Below, one piece after another: positions 1 to 8,480 of a DNA stretch of 64,000 bases. This DNA is from Clostridia bacterium. GTDB taxonomy: Bacteria > Bacillota > Clostridia > Christensenellales > Aristaeellaceae. The position numbers and the translations under genes are program-made. The notes under the pieces are model-generated. The model was not told the origin of the DNA. It made no database searches and was given only the letters and a program-made list of their open reading frames with translations. Every line of letters starts with the position of its first letter. Positions within the stretch are counted from its first letter, which is position 1. Where the stretch lies: the NCBI GenBank assembly GCA_017502305.1, contig JAFVVG010000043.1, forward strand, positions 47,961 to 111,960, read 5' to 3'.

Positions 1-483
1 GGGGAGCATGGTGAGCAGCTGGGAGATATAACCCAGGGGCACCATTTCGCCATTGCGGACAAGGGCGCGGATTTCATCGGGCGTGGCGTAGCGCACGTCG
101 CTGACTTCGCCCTTTTGGCAGGTGAGGGCGGAAAGCTCGGCATCCTGGCAGAAAAGATAGACATGCTTCAGGGACTTTTCACCCAGGTATTCAAAAACCT
201 TGCTGCCACGGGTAAAATCCACCGTGAAGCCAATTTCCTCCTGGGTTTCGCGGAGGGCGGCGGTATCGGGCGCTTCGCCGGAAACAACGGCGCCGCCGGC
301 GGATTCGCACCAGTAGCCGGGCCAGTTGGGCTTGGACTCATCACGCTTCTGGATCAGGATTTCGCCCCGGCTGTTGATGATCCACACATCCACCACAGGC
401 CAATACAGGCCGGCGGGGGCATCCTCGCCCCGGCGGATGGTGATGCCGGCAGGATTGCCCTGGGCGTCAAAAAGGTCAAGCAT
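1..483 (-). CDS. NUDIX hydrolase (3-prime end runs off the window)
   Basis: Minus-strand frame is open from ATG at 483 to the window edge; it is absent from the ORF track because it has no stop. Translation MLDLFDAQGNPAGITIRRGED...SAGGAVVSGEAPDTAALRETQEEIGF carries the Nudix box GX5EX7REXXEEXG. Start could be a GTG 9 nt upstream. Confidence 0.8.
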   Translation of the reverse strand, partial: MLDLFDAQGNPAGITIRRGEDAPAGLYWPVVDVWIINSRGEILIQKRDESKPNWPGYWCESAGGAVVSGEAPDTAALRETQEEIGFTVDFTRGSKVFEYLGEKSLKHVYLFCQDAELSALTCQKGEVSDVRYATPDEIRALVRNGEMVPLGYISQLLTMLP

Positions 484-585
484 TTCTTCCACAGATATCA
501 CCTCGGTGGGGAATATTATAGCGCGGCGGATAGGAAAAAACAAGAAGGAAATAGGGGCGACGCATGCGGGCGTACCTGTGCGCAT

Positions 586-620
586 AAAAAAAGACAGGCC
601 AATGGAGCCTGTCTTTTTTT
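586..620. terminator. Bidirectional rho-independent terminator downstream of abrB
   Basis: AAAAAAAGACAGGC-caatgga-GCCTGTCTTTTTTT: 8-bp GC-rich stem flanked by an A-run and a T-run. Confidence 0.75.
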
Positions 621-637
621 GAATCAAAGGGGAAGGG

Positions 638-886
638 TCAGTCCTTGGTGGCCTTCAGCTCGGCCAGGCACTTTTTGCACACCAGCTTGCCCTTATAGGG
701 GACGACATCACGGGCGTCGTTGCAGAAAACGCAGCTGGGATGATACTTCTTGAGGATGATCTCGTCGCCGTCGACAAAGATCTCCAGCATGTCCTTCACG
801 CCGATATCCATGGTCCTTCTCAGTTCGATGGGGAGAACAACACGGCCGAGGGTATCCAGTTGACGCACAACACCGGTGGATTTCAT
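638..886 (-). CDS. abrB: AbrB-family transition-state regulator
   Basis: 82 aa. MKSTGVVRQLDTLGRVVLPIELRRTMDIGVKD matches the SpoVT/AbrB swapped-hairpin N-domain. RBS AAGGAGG lies upstream. Confidence 0.9.
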   Translation of the reverse strand: MKSTGVVRQLDTLGRVVLPIELRRTMDIGVKDMLEIFVDGDEIILKKYHPSCVFCNDARDVVPYKGKLVCKKCLAELKATKD

Positions 887-940
887 GAGGGTTGCGACCT
901 CCTTGCGAAAAAATCTGCTTTGATGTAACTTTCAATTATT

Positions 941-969
941 ATTTTATAGACAATGACAGGTCTTGTCAA
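941..969 (-). promoter_or_regulatory. Sigma-A type promoter for abrB
   Basis: On the minus strand: TTGACA, 17 nt, TAAAAT. Plus-strand coordinates are tgtcaa 964-969 and atttta 941-946. Confidence 0.6.
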
Positions 970-1011
970 GCATCTTTTTGATATAAAAACAGAAACAGAG
1001 GTGAAAATTGC

Positions 1012-1575
1012 GTGAATAGAATATGGAGCTGGATGATGCTGACGGCATGCGCCGTGGCGCTGGTTACAGGGAGGCCTGCCGCAGGTGCGCTGATGGACAG
1101 CGGCGCCGGAGCGGTGGAAATGACGCTGACGCTGATGGGCTCCGTGGTGCTGTGGAGCGGCCTGATGGAGGTGCTCAGGGCCACGGGAGACGTGGAGCGG
1201 CTGGGCAGGGGACTGCGCCGGCTGCTGTCGCCGCTGTTTGGCAGCATAAAGGATGATGCGTGCTGGGCAGCCATGGGCATGAATCTGGCGGCCAATATGC
1301 TGGGCCTGGGCAATGCGGCTACCCCGGCAGGCATCAGGGCGGCGGAACTGCTTGCCCATCAGGGGGAGGCGGGTGTGAAAGCATTGGCCATGCTGCTGGT
1401 GCTGAACAACTCCGGCCTGCAGCTGATGCCCACCACGGTGATGGCCCTGCGCTCGGCGGCGGGAGCGGAGAATCCGGCGGATATCTGGCTGCCGGCGCTG
1501 CTTTCTTCAGGGGCGGCCACGGTGTGCGGCTGCGGGCTGATGTGGCTTTTGAACCGGAGGAAGCGGCATGGCTGA
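1012..1575 (+). CDS. spmA: Spore maturation protein A (nucleoside-recognition membrane protein)
   Basis: 187 aa, GTG start after AGAGGTG. MNRIWSWMMLTACAVALVTG...NAATPAGIRA resembles SpmA. Its stop overlaps the spmB start. Confidence 0.8.
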   Translation: MNRIWSWMMLTACAVALVTGRPAAGALMDSGAGAVEMTLTLMGSVVLWSGLMEVLRATGDVERLGRGLRRLLSPLFGSIKDDACWAAMGMNLAANMLGLGNAATPAGIRAAELLAHQGEAGVKALAMLLVLNNSGLQLMPTTVMALRSAAGAENPADIWLPALLSSGAATVCGCGLMWLLNRRKRHG

Positions 1576-2068
1576 AAGCATGGTACTGGCGGTGGCGGCG
1601 GTGATTCTTTTGCGGGGTGTGATGAAGGGCGTGGACGCCTATGGCATGTTCCTCAAGGGCGGCAGGCAGGGGATGGCGTCCGCCATAGGGCTTCTGCCGG
1701 CGCTGTGCGCCATGATGGCCATGGTGGCGGTGGTGGAGGCCTCCGGGCTGGGGGAAGTGCTCTCGGCGCTGCTGGCGCCGGTAATGAAACTCATGAACCT
1801 GCCCCGGGAGGCGGCGGGGTTGTTTCTTCTGCGGCCGCTCACTGGTTCGGGCAGCCTTTCGGCATTGCGGCAGATCTTCCAGCAATACGGTGTGGACAGC
1901 CGGGCGGGGCGGGTGGCCTCGGTGCTGGTGAGCTCTTCGGAGACCATCTTCTACACCATGACGGTCTATCTGGGGGCGACGGACATCCGCAAACTGCCCT
2001 GGGCGCTGCCGGTGTCGCTTGCTTCCTATGTGGTGGGGGCGGCTGTTTGCGGGCTTGTGGTGCGATAA
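1568..2068 (+). CDS. spmB: Spore maturation protein B
   Basis: 166 aa membrane protein that overlaps spmA by 8 nt. Typical spmA-spmB pair. Confidence 0.8.
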   Translation: MAESMVLAVAAVILLRGVMKGVDAYGMFLKGGRQGMASAIGLLPALCAMMAMVAVVEASGLGEVLSALLAPVMKLMNLPREAAGLFLLRPLTGSGSLSALRQIFQQYGVDSRAGRVASVLVSSSETIFYTMTVYLGATDIRKLPWALPVSLASYVVGAAVCGLVVR

Positions 2069-2071
2069 CAC

Positions 2072-2100
2072 TTGCGGCGAAGGGGAAGTTCATGTATAAT
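2072..2100 (+). promoter_or_regulatory. Sigma-A type promoter upstream of the hutP-like gene
   Basis: TTGCGG (2072-2077), 17 nt, TATAAT (2095-2100). Confidence 0.5.
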
Positions 2101-2131
2101 AAAATGAACGCTGAACGCAAGGAGTGCGCCT

Positions 2132-2563
2132 ATGCTGAAGATAACTGGTGACAGCCGTGAGGTGGCCCGGGCCGCTGTGCTGCTGGCCATGACCGCCAGC
2201 CGTGAGGACGAAGCCGTGATGAAAAACGACCTGGCCAGCAAAAACATCCAGGCTGCCGCGGTGGATTACGGCGGAGAGTTTGTGACCTCGGTGATGAAAA
2301 TGGTGGAACGGGCCGTGGTGGCGGCCAAGCGCGAGAACGTCATCGGCGAATCCTCCCACGAGGAGGGCGTGGTGGCCGGTGCTGCCCGCGAGGCCCTCAG
2401 CCAGGTGAGTACAAAGGCCCTGGGACTGAACGTGGGCGGCAAGATCGGCATTGCCCGCTGCGGCGAGCACGTGGCGGTGGCGGTTTTCTTTGCCATTGGT
2501 CTTGTGCATTTGAACGAGGTGTGCATCGGCATGGGCCATCGCACCATCGCCAACAGAGGATAA
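2132..2563 (+). CDS. HutP-family protein
   Basis: 143 aa. Aligns by eye with B. subtilis HutP: VARAAVLLAM, ESSHEEGVVAGAAREAL, and C-terminal VAVAVFFAIGLVHLNEVCIGMGHRTI versus IAVSLYGTIGAPIKGLEHETFGVGINHI. Confidence 0.6.
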   Translation: MLKITGDSREVARAAVLLAMTASREDEAVMKNDLASKNIQAAAVDYGGEFVTSVMKMVERAVVAAKRENVIGESSHEEGVVAGAAREALSQVSTKALGLNVGGKIGIARCGEHVAVAVFFAIGLVHLNEVCIGMGHRTIANRG

Positions 2564-2576
2564 GGAGGCAGTTTTG

Positions 2577-3245
2577 ATGCCCTTGAATATTGCCATGGAC
2601 GGCCCTGTGGGGGCCGGCAAGTCCAGCATTGCGGCTGAGGTAGCCCGAAGGCTGGGCATTCTGCACCTGGATACCGGCGCCATGTACCGGGCCATTGGCC
2701 TGACGGCCCTGCGCCGGGGCGTCGACCTGAAGGACGAAAACGCCTGCGTGGCGCTTTCCAGGGATATCGACATCACCGTAGCTCATCAGGGTGACGGCCA
2801 GCACACCTTCGTCAACGGCGAGGATGTGACGGGGCTGATCCGCACGCCGGAGGTGAGCATGGCTGCTTCCACGGTGAGCAAATATCTGGGCGTGCGCCAG
2901 GGCATGGTGGCCCTGCAGCAGAAGCTGGCGGCTTCCACCCCCATGCTGGTGGACGGCCGTGACATTTGCCTGCGTGTATTGCCCAACGCCACGGTGAAGC
3001 TGTATTTGACGGCCTCTGCCGAGGAACGCGCCCGCCGCCGCTGGCTGGAGATGAACCAGAAGGGCGCGCCCGACACCTACGAGCAGGTGCTGGAAGACCT
3101 GAAAAAGCGGGACGACCAGGACATGAACCGTGAAGTGGATCCCCTGCGCCCCACGGAGGACGCCATCATTGTGGATTCCACGGAAATGAATTTTGAGCAG
3201 GTGGTGGAGTATATCCTCGCCATTGTGAAGGAGAAAACGGCATGA
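2577..3245 (+). CDS. cmk: Cytidylate kinase
   Basis: P-loop DGPVGAGKSS and LDTGAMYRA. ATG at 2577 lies 8 nt after AAGGAGG; the track start at 2574 is TTG. Confidence 0.9.
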   Translation: MPLNIAMDGPVGAGKSSIAAEVARRLGILHLDTGAMYRAIGLTALRRGVDLKDENACVALSRDIDITVAHQGDGQHTFVNGEDVTGLIRTPEVSMAASTVSKYLGVRQGMVALQQKLAASTPMLVDGRDICLRVLPNATVKLYLTASAEERARRRWLEMNQKGAPDTYEQVLEDLKKRDDQDMNREVDPLRPTEDAIIVDSTEMNFEQVVEYILAIVKEKTA

Positions 3246-3874
3246 CTGAAGCACACAAGCCCCAGAGAAAGAAATCCTGGATGTACGCTTTCCTCCGCGG
3301 CCTGGGCAGCGTGGCCTTCAAGACCATCCTGCCGGTGAAGTATCATGGCGCTGAACTGGTCAATGGGGAAGAGCCCTTCATCGTTATCGGCAACCATCAG
3401 TGCTGGATCGACCCTGTGGTGATGGCGGTGGCGACGAAGAAACGGCAGATGAGCATCCTGGGCAAGGCGGAGCTGGGCGCCGGCGGCAAGCTGACGAAGA
3501 TCCTGCAGCGCATGCACGTGGTGCTGGTGAACCGCCACAGCACCGACATGGAGGCCATGCGGGCCTGCATGAAGGTGGTCAGGGACGGGAATATCCTGGC
3601 GATTTTCCCCGAGGGTACCCGCCATCACAAAGGGCTGATGGAGGAACTGGAAAGCGGCGTGGCCATGATCGCCCTGCGTGCCGGCGTGCCGCTGATTCCC
3701 ATGCTGATCCCCACAAAAATGAAGTTCTTCCGCCGCAACGATTGCTATATTGGTCAGCCCATTGAGATGGCCGACCTGCGGGAGAAGGGCATCAGCAAGG
3801 ATACCTGCCAGGAGCTTCTGGGGCGCATTACCGCTGTGTATGCGGAGATGGCAAAGGAAGCGGAAGGAAAATAA
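3242..3874 (+). CDS. plsC: 1-acyl-sn-glycerol-3-phosphate acyltransferase
   Basis: HX4D motif (NHQCWIDP) and FPEGTR motif. ATGA overlap with the cmk stop. Confidence 0.85.
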   Translation: MTEAHKPQRKKSWMYAFLRGLGSVAFKTILPVKYHGAELVNGEEPFIVIGNHQCWIDPVVMAVATKKRQMSILGKAELGAGGKLTKILQRMHVVLVNRHSTDMEAMRACMKVVRDGNILAIFPEGTRHHKGLMEELESGVAMIALRAGVPLIPMLIPTKMKFFRRNDCYIGQPIEMADLREKGISKDTCQELLGRITAVYAEMAKEAEGK

Positions 3875-3979
3875 TCGGTTACTGATAAAGTTTTTGGACA
3901 TTTTTTTCAAACCTTGCAGGAATCGAAGGATTTGCGGAGAACATAGTAAAATCAGAGCATTTTGAAAGGACGCTTGCCT

Positions 3980-5947
3980 ATGCCCATTGAAGTGGCGGCT
4001 CACGCAGGCTTCTGCATGGGCGTTCGGCGCGCGGTGGAGGCTGCCTCCGCCGTAGCTGATTCAGGCAAACCCTCCTGCACGCTGGGGGAGCTGATCCATA
4101 ATCCCCAGGTGGTGGAGATGCTGCGCGGCAGAAATGTACCGCCAGTCTCCTCGGTGGAGGAGGCGGCAGGCCGGCAGGTGCTGATCCGCAGCCACGGTGT
4201 GGCGCCGGATGTGATCAGCGATCTGCGCTGCGCAGGGTGCGAGGTGCTGGACCTGACCTGCCCCTTTGTGGACAAGCTTCACCGCATCGTTGCCGAGGGA
4301 ACGGGGCCGGAATGCCCGGTGATCCTGGTGGGCGAGAAGGAGCACCCCGAGGTGCGCGGCACAGCGGGCTGGTCCAAGGGCGAGGTCTATGTGGTGGCTA
4401 CGCCTGAGGAGGCGGCTCAGCTGCCTGATCTTCCCAAAGCTCTGGCTGTGGCGCAGACGACTTTTCCGCCGGAGAGATGGGAGGCCATCACGCAGGTGCT
4501 GGAAAGCAGGATCGGTGAACTGGCAAAGCACAACACCATCTGCTCCGCTACCGAGACCCGCCAGCGCGAGGCCAAGGAGCTGGCCCAGCGCATGGACGCT
4601 ATGATCGTCATCGGCGGCAGAAACAGCGCCAACACACAAAAGCTCTACGCGGCCTGCAAAAGCAGATGTCCGCGGACAATCCTGGTAGAGTGCGCGGCGG
4701 AGATCCCGCCTGCCTTTGCAAATATTTATTCCGATAAAATTGGAATTACCGCCGGCGCGTCCACGCCCGACGGCTCACTTAAGGAGGTTGTAACCCGCAT
4801 GACTGACATTGAGAACAAAGACTTCATGGCCGAAATCGAAGCTACCCTGGTGAAGATTCGCCCCGGCCAGACCGTGACCGGCACCGTCGTTCAGGTGACT
4901 GAAGACGAAGTGTGCGTCAACATTGGCTACAAGGCCGATGGTCTGATCAAGCGCAGCGATCTGACCCAGCAGGATGTTCAGCTGGGTGACGAAATTGAGG
5001 TTGAGGTCGTTAAGGTGAACGACGGCGAGGGCAACGTCCTGCTGAGCCAGCGTAACATCGTGAACCGCAAGGCTTGGGAAGCTCTGATGGCCAAGTATGA
5101 GGCCGGCGAGTATGTTGAGGCTGTGGGCAAGGAAGCCGTCAAGGGCGGCCTGATTGCCGATGTGGAGGGCGTGCGTGCCTTCGTTCCCGCCAGCCAGCTG
5201 TCTCAGCGCTATGTTGAGAAGATCGCTGACTTCGTGGGCAAGGACATGAAGCTGAAGATCATCGAAGTGGACAAGCAGAAGAAGCGCATCGTTGCTTCCC
5301 GCAAGGCCGTGATGGCTGAAGAGTCCGCTGCCAAGAAGGCCGCTGCCTGGGAGAACCTGGAAGAGGGCATCGTGATCCACGGCATCGTCCGCCGCCTGAC
5401 CGATTTCGGCGCTTTCGTCGACGTTGGCGGCGTGGATGGCCTGATCCACATCACCGACCTGTCTTGGGGCCGCATCAAGCATCCCTCTGAGGTTGTGAAG
5501 CCCAACCAGGAAGTGGACGTGAAGATCCTGAGCCTGGACAAGGAGCGCGAGCGCATTCAGCTGGGCTACAAGCAGCTGCAGGCCCGCCCCTGGGACAACG
5601 CCACCGAGAAGTATCCCGAAGGCTCCATCGTTGAGGGCAAGGCTGTCCGCATCACCGAGTTTGGCGCTTTCGTTGAGCTGGAGCCCGGCCTGGACGGCCT
5701 GGTGCACATCTCCCAGTGCGCCCTGAACCGCGTGAACAAGGTCGAAGACGCCGTGAAGGTTGGCGAGATCGTCCGCGTGAAGGTGCTGTCTGTGGATCCC
5801 GAGAAGAAGCGCATCTCCCTGAGCATCCGTCAGGTGCTGGAAGAGGAAGCCTTCGAAGAGATCCCCGCTGAGGTGGAGTTCGAGCTGGTTGCCTCCGACG
5901 AGGCTCCCGTTGAGGAAGTCGCCGCTGAGGAAGCTCCCGAAGCTTAA
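3980..5947 (+). CDS. ispH: Bifunctional IspH (HMBPP reductase) / ribosomal protein S1-domain fusion
   Basis: N-terminal half has AHAGFCMGVRRA and HNPQVV, as in LytB/IspH. C-terminal half has four S1 OB repeats (GTVVQVTEDEVCVNIG, VEAVGKEAVKGGLIADV, GIVRRLTDFGAFVDV, GKAVRITEFGAFVEL). Confidence 0.9.
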   Translation: MPIEVAAHAGFCMGVRRAVEAASAVADSGKPSCTLGELIHNPQVVEMLRGRNVPPVSSVEEAAGRQVLIRSHGVAPDVISDLRCAGCEVLDLTCPFVDKLHRIVAEGTGPECPVILVGEKEHPEVRGTAGWSKGEVYVVATPEEAAQLPDLPKALAVAQTTFPPERWEAITQVLESRIGELAKHNTICSATETRQREAKELAQRMDAMIVIGGRNSANTQKLYAACKSRCPRTILVECAAEIPPAFANIYSDKIGITAGASTPDGSLKEVVTRMTDIENKDFMAEIEATLVKIRPGQTVTGTVVQVTEDEVCVNIGYKADGLIKRSDLTQQDVQLGDEIEVEVVKVNDGEGNVLLSQRNIVNRKAWEALMAKYEAGEYVEAVGKEAVKGGLIADVEGVRAFVPASQLSQRYVEKIADFVGKDMKLKIIEVDKQKKRIVASRKAVMAEESAAKKAAAWENLEEGIVIHGIVRRLTDFGAFVDVGGVDGLIHITDLSWGRIKHPSEVVKPNQEVDVKILSLDKERERIQLGYKQLQARPWDNATEKYPEGSIVEGKAVRITEFGAFVELEPGLDGLVHISQCALNRVNKVEDAVKVGEIVRVKVLSVDPEKKRISLSIRQVLEEEAFEEIPAEVEFELVASDEAPVEEVAAEEAPEA

Positions 5948-5963
5948 TCAAAGAAAGAATGAA

Positions 5964-5992
5964 GGAGGTAAGCGCAAGCTTGCCTCCTTTTT
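5964..5992 (+). terminator. Rho-independent terminator after ispH/S1
   Basis: GGAGGTAAGC-gcaa-GCTTGCCTCC followed by TTTTT. Confidence 0.75.
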
Positions 5993-6001
5993 CCATGAAG
6001 G

Positions 6002-6655
6002 ATGGTTGCTGAAATGGGGAAATGTATGATTATCGCGCCGCTGTATCGGGGCGAGATGCGGGAATGGCTGGAGAAAAAGGAGGGCGATCTGCTGATCTGC
6101 GCCGACGGAGGCTATGATGCGGCGGTGAAGCACGGCCTGGTGCCTGATCTGGTCATCGGGGATTTCGACTCCATGCCCTATGACCATGTGCGGGGGTGCG
6201 AGAGCATCCGTCTGCCCGTCCACAAGGACGATACCGACATGGTGGTTTGCCTGGAGGAGGGGAGACGGCGCGGCTACACCAGCTTCCGTATTGCCGGATG
6301 CCTGGGCGGGCGGCTGGACCATACCATCAGCAATTTACAATGCCTGTATGACTGCGCCCTTCGGGGCGAGGAAGCCTGGATGTGCGACGGGCAGAACATG
6401 GTGACGGTGCTGCTGCCGGGTAGGTATACCTTTCCCCGACGGGAAGGCTGCAAGTTTTCCCTTTTGAGCTACACGCCGCAGGTGAAGGGTGTGAAACTGC
6501 GGGGAACGGTGTGGAAACTGACGGACGCGGAGCTGAGCAACCGGTATCCCCTGGGCGTCAGCAATGAGATTACAGGGGAGCGGGCAGAGCTTTCCTATGA
6601 GGAGGGGGCCCTCATTGTGCTGTATAGCAAAGACGCACCTTTCGTTACAAAATAA
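6002..6655 (+). CDS. thiN: Thiamine diphosphokinase
   Basis: LICADGG and GDFDS motifs. Start is ambiguous (ATG at 6002, 6014 or 6026). Confidence 0.8.
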   Translation: MVAEMGKCMIIAPLYRGEMREWLEKKEGDLLICADGGYDAAVKHGLVPDLVIGDFDSMPYDHVRGCESIRLPVHKDDTDMVVCLEEGRRRGYTSFRIAGCLGGRLDHTISNLQCLYDCALRGEEAWMCDGQNMVTVLLPGRYTFPRREGCKFSLLSYTPQVKGVKLRGTVWKLTDAELSNRYPLGVSNEITGERAELSYEEGALIVLYSKDAPFVTK

Positions 6656-6684
6656 CAAAAACTTTCGGATTTCGCGCTGCGGTA

Positions 6685-6713
6685 TTGAGTCGCGGCGCGA
6701 AATCTGCTATAAT
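6685..6713 (+). promoter_or_regulatory. Sigma-A type promoter for purC
   Basis: TTGAGT (6685-6690), 17 nt, TATAAT (6708-6713). It overlaps the palindrome ATTTCGCGC...GCGCGAAAT. Confidence 0.55.
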
Positions 6714-6746
6714 TGCTTTTATCTTTTGTGATTGGAGCGTACCGGC

Positions 6747-7472
6747 ATGGTAGAGATGGGTAAGCTGCTGACGGAAGGCAAGGGCAAGCGGGTTTATGCC
6801 ACCAACGAGCCCGACAAGGCAATTGTGTATTTCAAGGACGAAGCCATGGCCTTCCATGGACTCAAGCGGGGCCGTATCCTGGGCAAGGGTGAGGTCAACA
6901 ACGCGGTGAGCCGGCAGTTCTTTCAGCTGCTGACGAAAAACGGTATTGAGAATCATTATCTGGAGCAGGTAGACAACCGCCACAGCCTGGTGCGGCGGGT
7001 GGAGATCATCCCCGTGGCGGTGAAGGTGCGCAACCGGGCCGCCGGCAGCCTGGCCCGGCGCTATGGCCTTTCCGTGGGCGAGAAGATGGACCCCACGGTG
7101 GTGGAATTCTGCCTGAAGGATGATTACCTGGATAGCCCCCTGGTGAACAGCACCCACATTCAGGCCCTGAAGCTGGCTACAGAAGAGGAAATCCGGCAGA
7201 TTGTGCAGACGGCCCTGCAGGTCAACGATATCCTTACAGAGTATATGAAGGAGATCAACATTGAGGTGATCGACTTCAAGCTGGAGTTCGGCCGCTTTGA
7301 GGGGCGGATCCTGGTGGCAGATGAGATTTCCCCGGATACCGCCCGCTTCTGGGACGCCCGAACCCACGAACCCCTTGACATTGACCGCTTCCGCAGGGAC
7401 CTGGGTAATGTGGAGCAGGCCTATCAGGAGCTGTTGCACCGGATGATGGGCATGGACGAAGCAGGAGAATAA
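6747..7472 (+). CDS. purC: Phosphoribosylaminoimidazole-succinocarboxamide synthase
   Basis: LTEGKGKRVYATNEPDKAIVYFKDEA and ADEISPDTARFWD are typical SAICAR synthase. Start is ATG 6747 or 6756. Confidence 0.9.
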   Translation: MVEMGKLLTEGKGKRVYATNEPDKAIVYFKDEAMAFHGLKRGRILGKGEVNNAVSRQFFQLLTKNGIENHYLEQVDNRHSLVRRVEIIPVAVKVRNRAAGSLARRYGLSVGEKMDPTVVEFCLKDDYLDSPLVNSTHIQALKLATEEEIRQIVQTALQVNDILTEYMKEINIEVIDFKLEFGRFEGRILVADEISPDTARFWDARTHEPLDIDRFRRDLGNVEQAYQELLHRMMGMDEAGE

Positions 7473-7473
7473 A

Positions 7474-8346
7474 ATGAAGAAGTTTCTGGCTTTTCTTCTT
7501 TGCTGCTGGATGCTGCTGGGCAGCGCCTGCGCGGAGATTTACTACACCAGCGAGGTGCCGGAGGACTGGTACCAGCGGGACATCCTGAAGGTCACCGCCA
7601 TTGACGTGGACCGCAGCGATGCCATGCTGCTGGAGTGCGGGGGCGAGTTTATGCTGGTGGACGGCGGCTCCGGCCACTTCCGCGACAGGCTCTACGCCGC
7701 TGTGGACGCCGCCGGGGTGAAAAAGTTCAAGTACCTTTTTTCCACCCATTCGGATAACGACCATGTGCATGGCCTGATCTATCTGATGAACAGCGGCAAG
7801 TATGAGGTGGAGACGTTCACCACCATCAACAAGAAAACCTACCGGGATGACGCGGGCTACCATGTAAAGGCCCTGCGCGCCACGGAAAGGCATGGGATCC
7901 CGTATTATATCGTGTCTGACCGGGAAGCCCTGACGCTGGGCGGCGCAGACCTGACGGTGCTGCGCTGCATGGAAAGCTGGGGCCAGAATGCCCGCAGCGC
8001 CGTGCTGATGGTGCAGTTTGGCGAAAGGCGCATCCTGCTCACCGGCGACATCGACTATCGGGTGATGGAGCAGTTTGTGGATAAGTATGACGATGATATG
8101 CTCCATGCCGACATCATGAAGGCGCCTCATCACGGCCTGGCCACCATTAAGGAACGGTTTCTGGAAACGGTGGGGGCGGAGATGATTTTCATTCCCAACA
8201 TGAAGAAAAAGGTGCCCGCCAAGTTCCACAACCACATGAAGAAAAACGCCCCTGATACCAAGCTGATGTATAATGGCGACGGCTCCCTGCACATGGAAAC
8301 CGACGGCGTGGATTGGTATGTGTGGCAGGATAAGGACACAAAATGA
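7474..8346 (+). CDS. Secreted MBL-fold metallo-hydrolase (ComEC C-terminal-domain-like)
   Basis: Signal peptide MKKFLAFLLCCWMLLGSACA and metal motif HSDNDHVHG. Starts 1 nt after the purC stop. Confidence 0.75.
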   Translation: MKKFLAFLLCCWMLLGSACAEIYYTSEVPEDWYQRDILKVTAIDVDRSDAMLLECGGEFMLVDGGSGHFRDRLYAAVDAAGVKKFKYLFSTHSDNDHVHGLIYLMNSGKYEVETFTTINKKTYRDDAGYHVKALRATERHGIPYYIVSDREALTLGGADLTVLRCMESWGQNARSAVLMVQFGERRILLTGDIDYRVMEQFVDKYDDDMLHADIMKAPHHGLATIKERFLETVGAEMIFIPNMKKKVPAKFHNHMKKNAPDTKLMYNGDGSLHMETDGVDWYVWQDKDTK

Positions 8347-8389
8347 CGCAAATCCCCAATAAATTTGGGATTTTCTGTGCCGGTGCACC

Positions 8390-8418
8390 TTGCATCCGGC
8401 ACAAAAGTATGCTACAAT
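8390..8418 (+). promoter_or_regulatory. Sigma-A type promoter for tig
   Basis: TTGCAT (8390-8395), 17 nt, TACAAT (8413-8418). Confidence 0.55.
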
Positions 8419-8480
8419 AACCCGTGGTGTGCGCATAAGGCGCGCACAGCCCCATGAGATCGCAGGAGGGAATTCATTCA

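Noticed and set aside
115-753. 212-aa plus-strand ORF at the left edge.
   Set aside because: It is antisense to the NUDIX gene, runs straight through the 586-620 terminator and into abrB antisense, and has a Gly/Arg-rich nonsense composition.
903-909. Spo0A-box-like heptamers: TTGCGAA downstream of the abrB promoter, TGTCGAG inside the repeat core, and a perfect TGTCGAA at about 46489-46495 (minus strand).
   Set aside because: A 7-mer is expected several times by chance in 64 kb on two strands. Without phased tandem boxes or conservation data these are not reportable sites.
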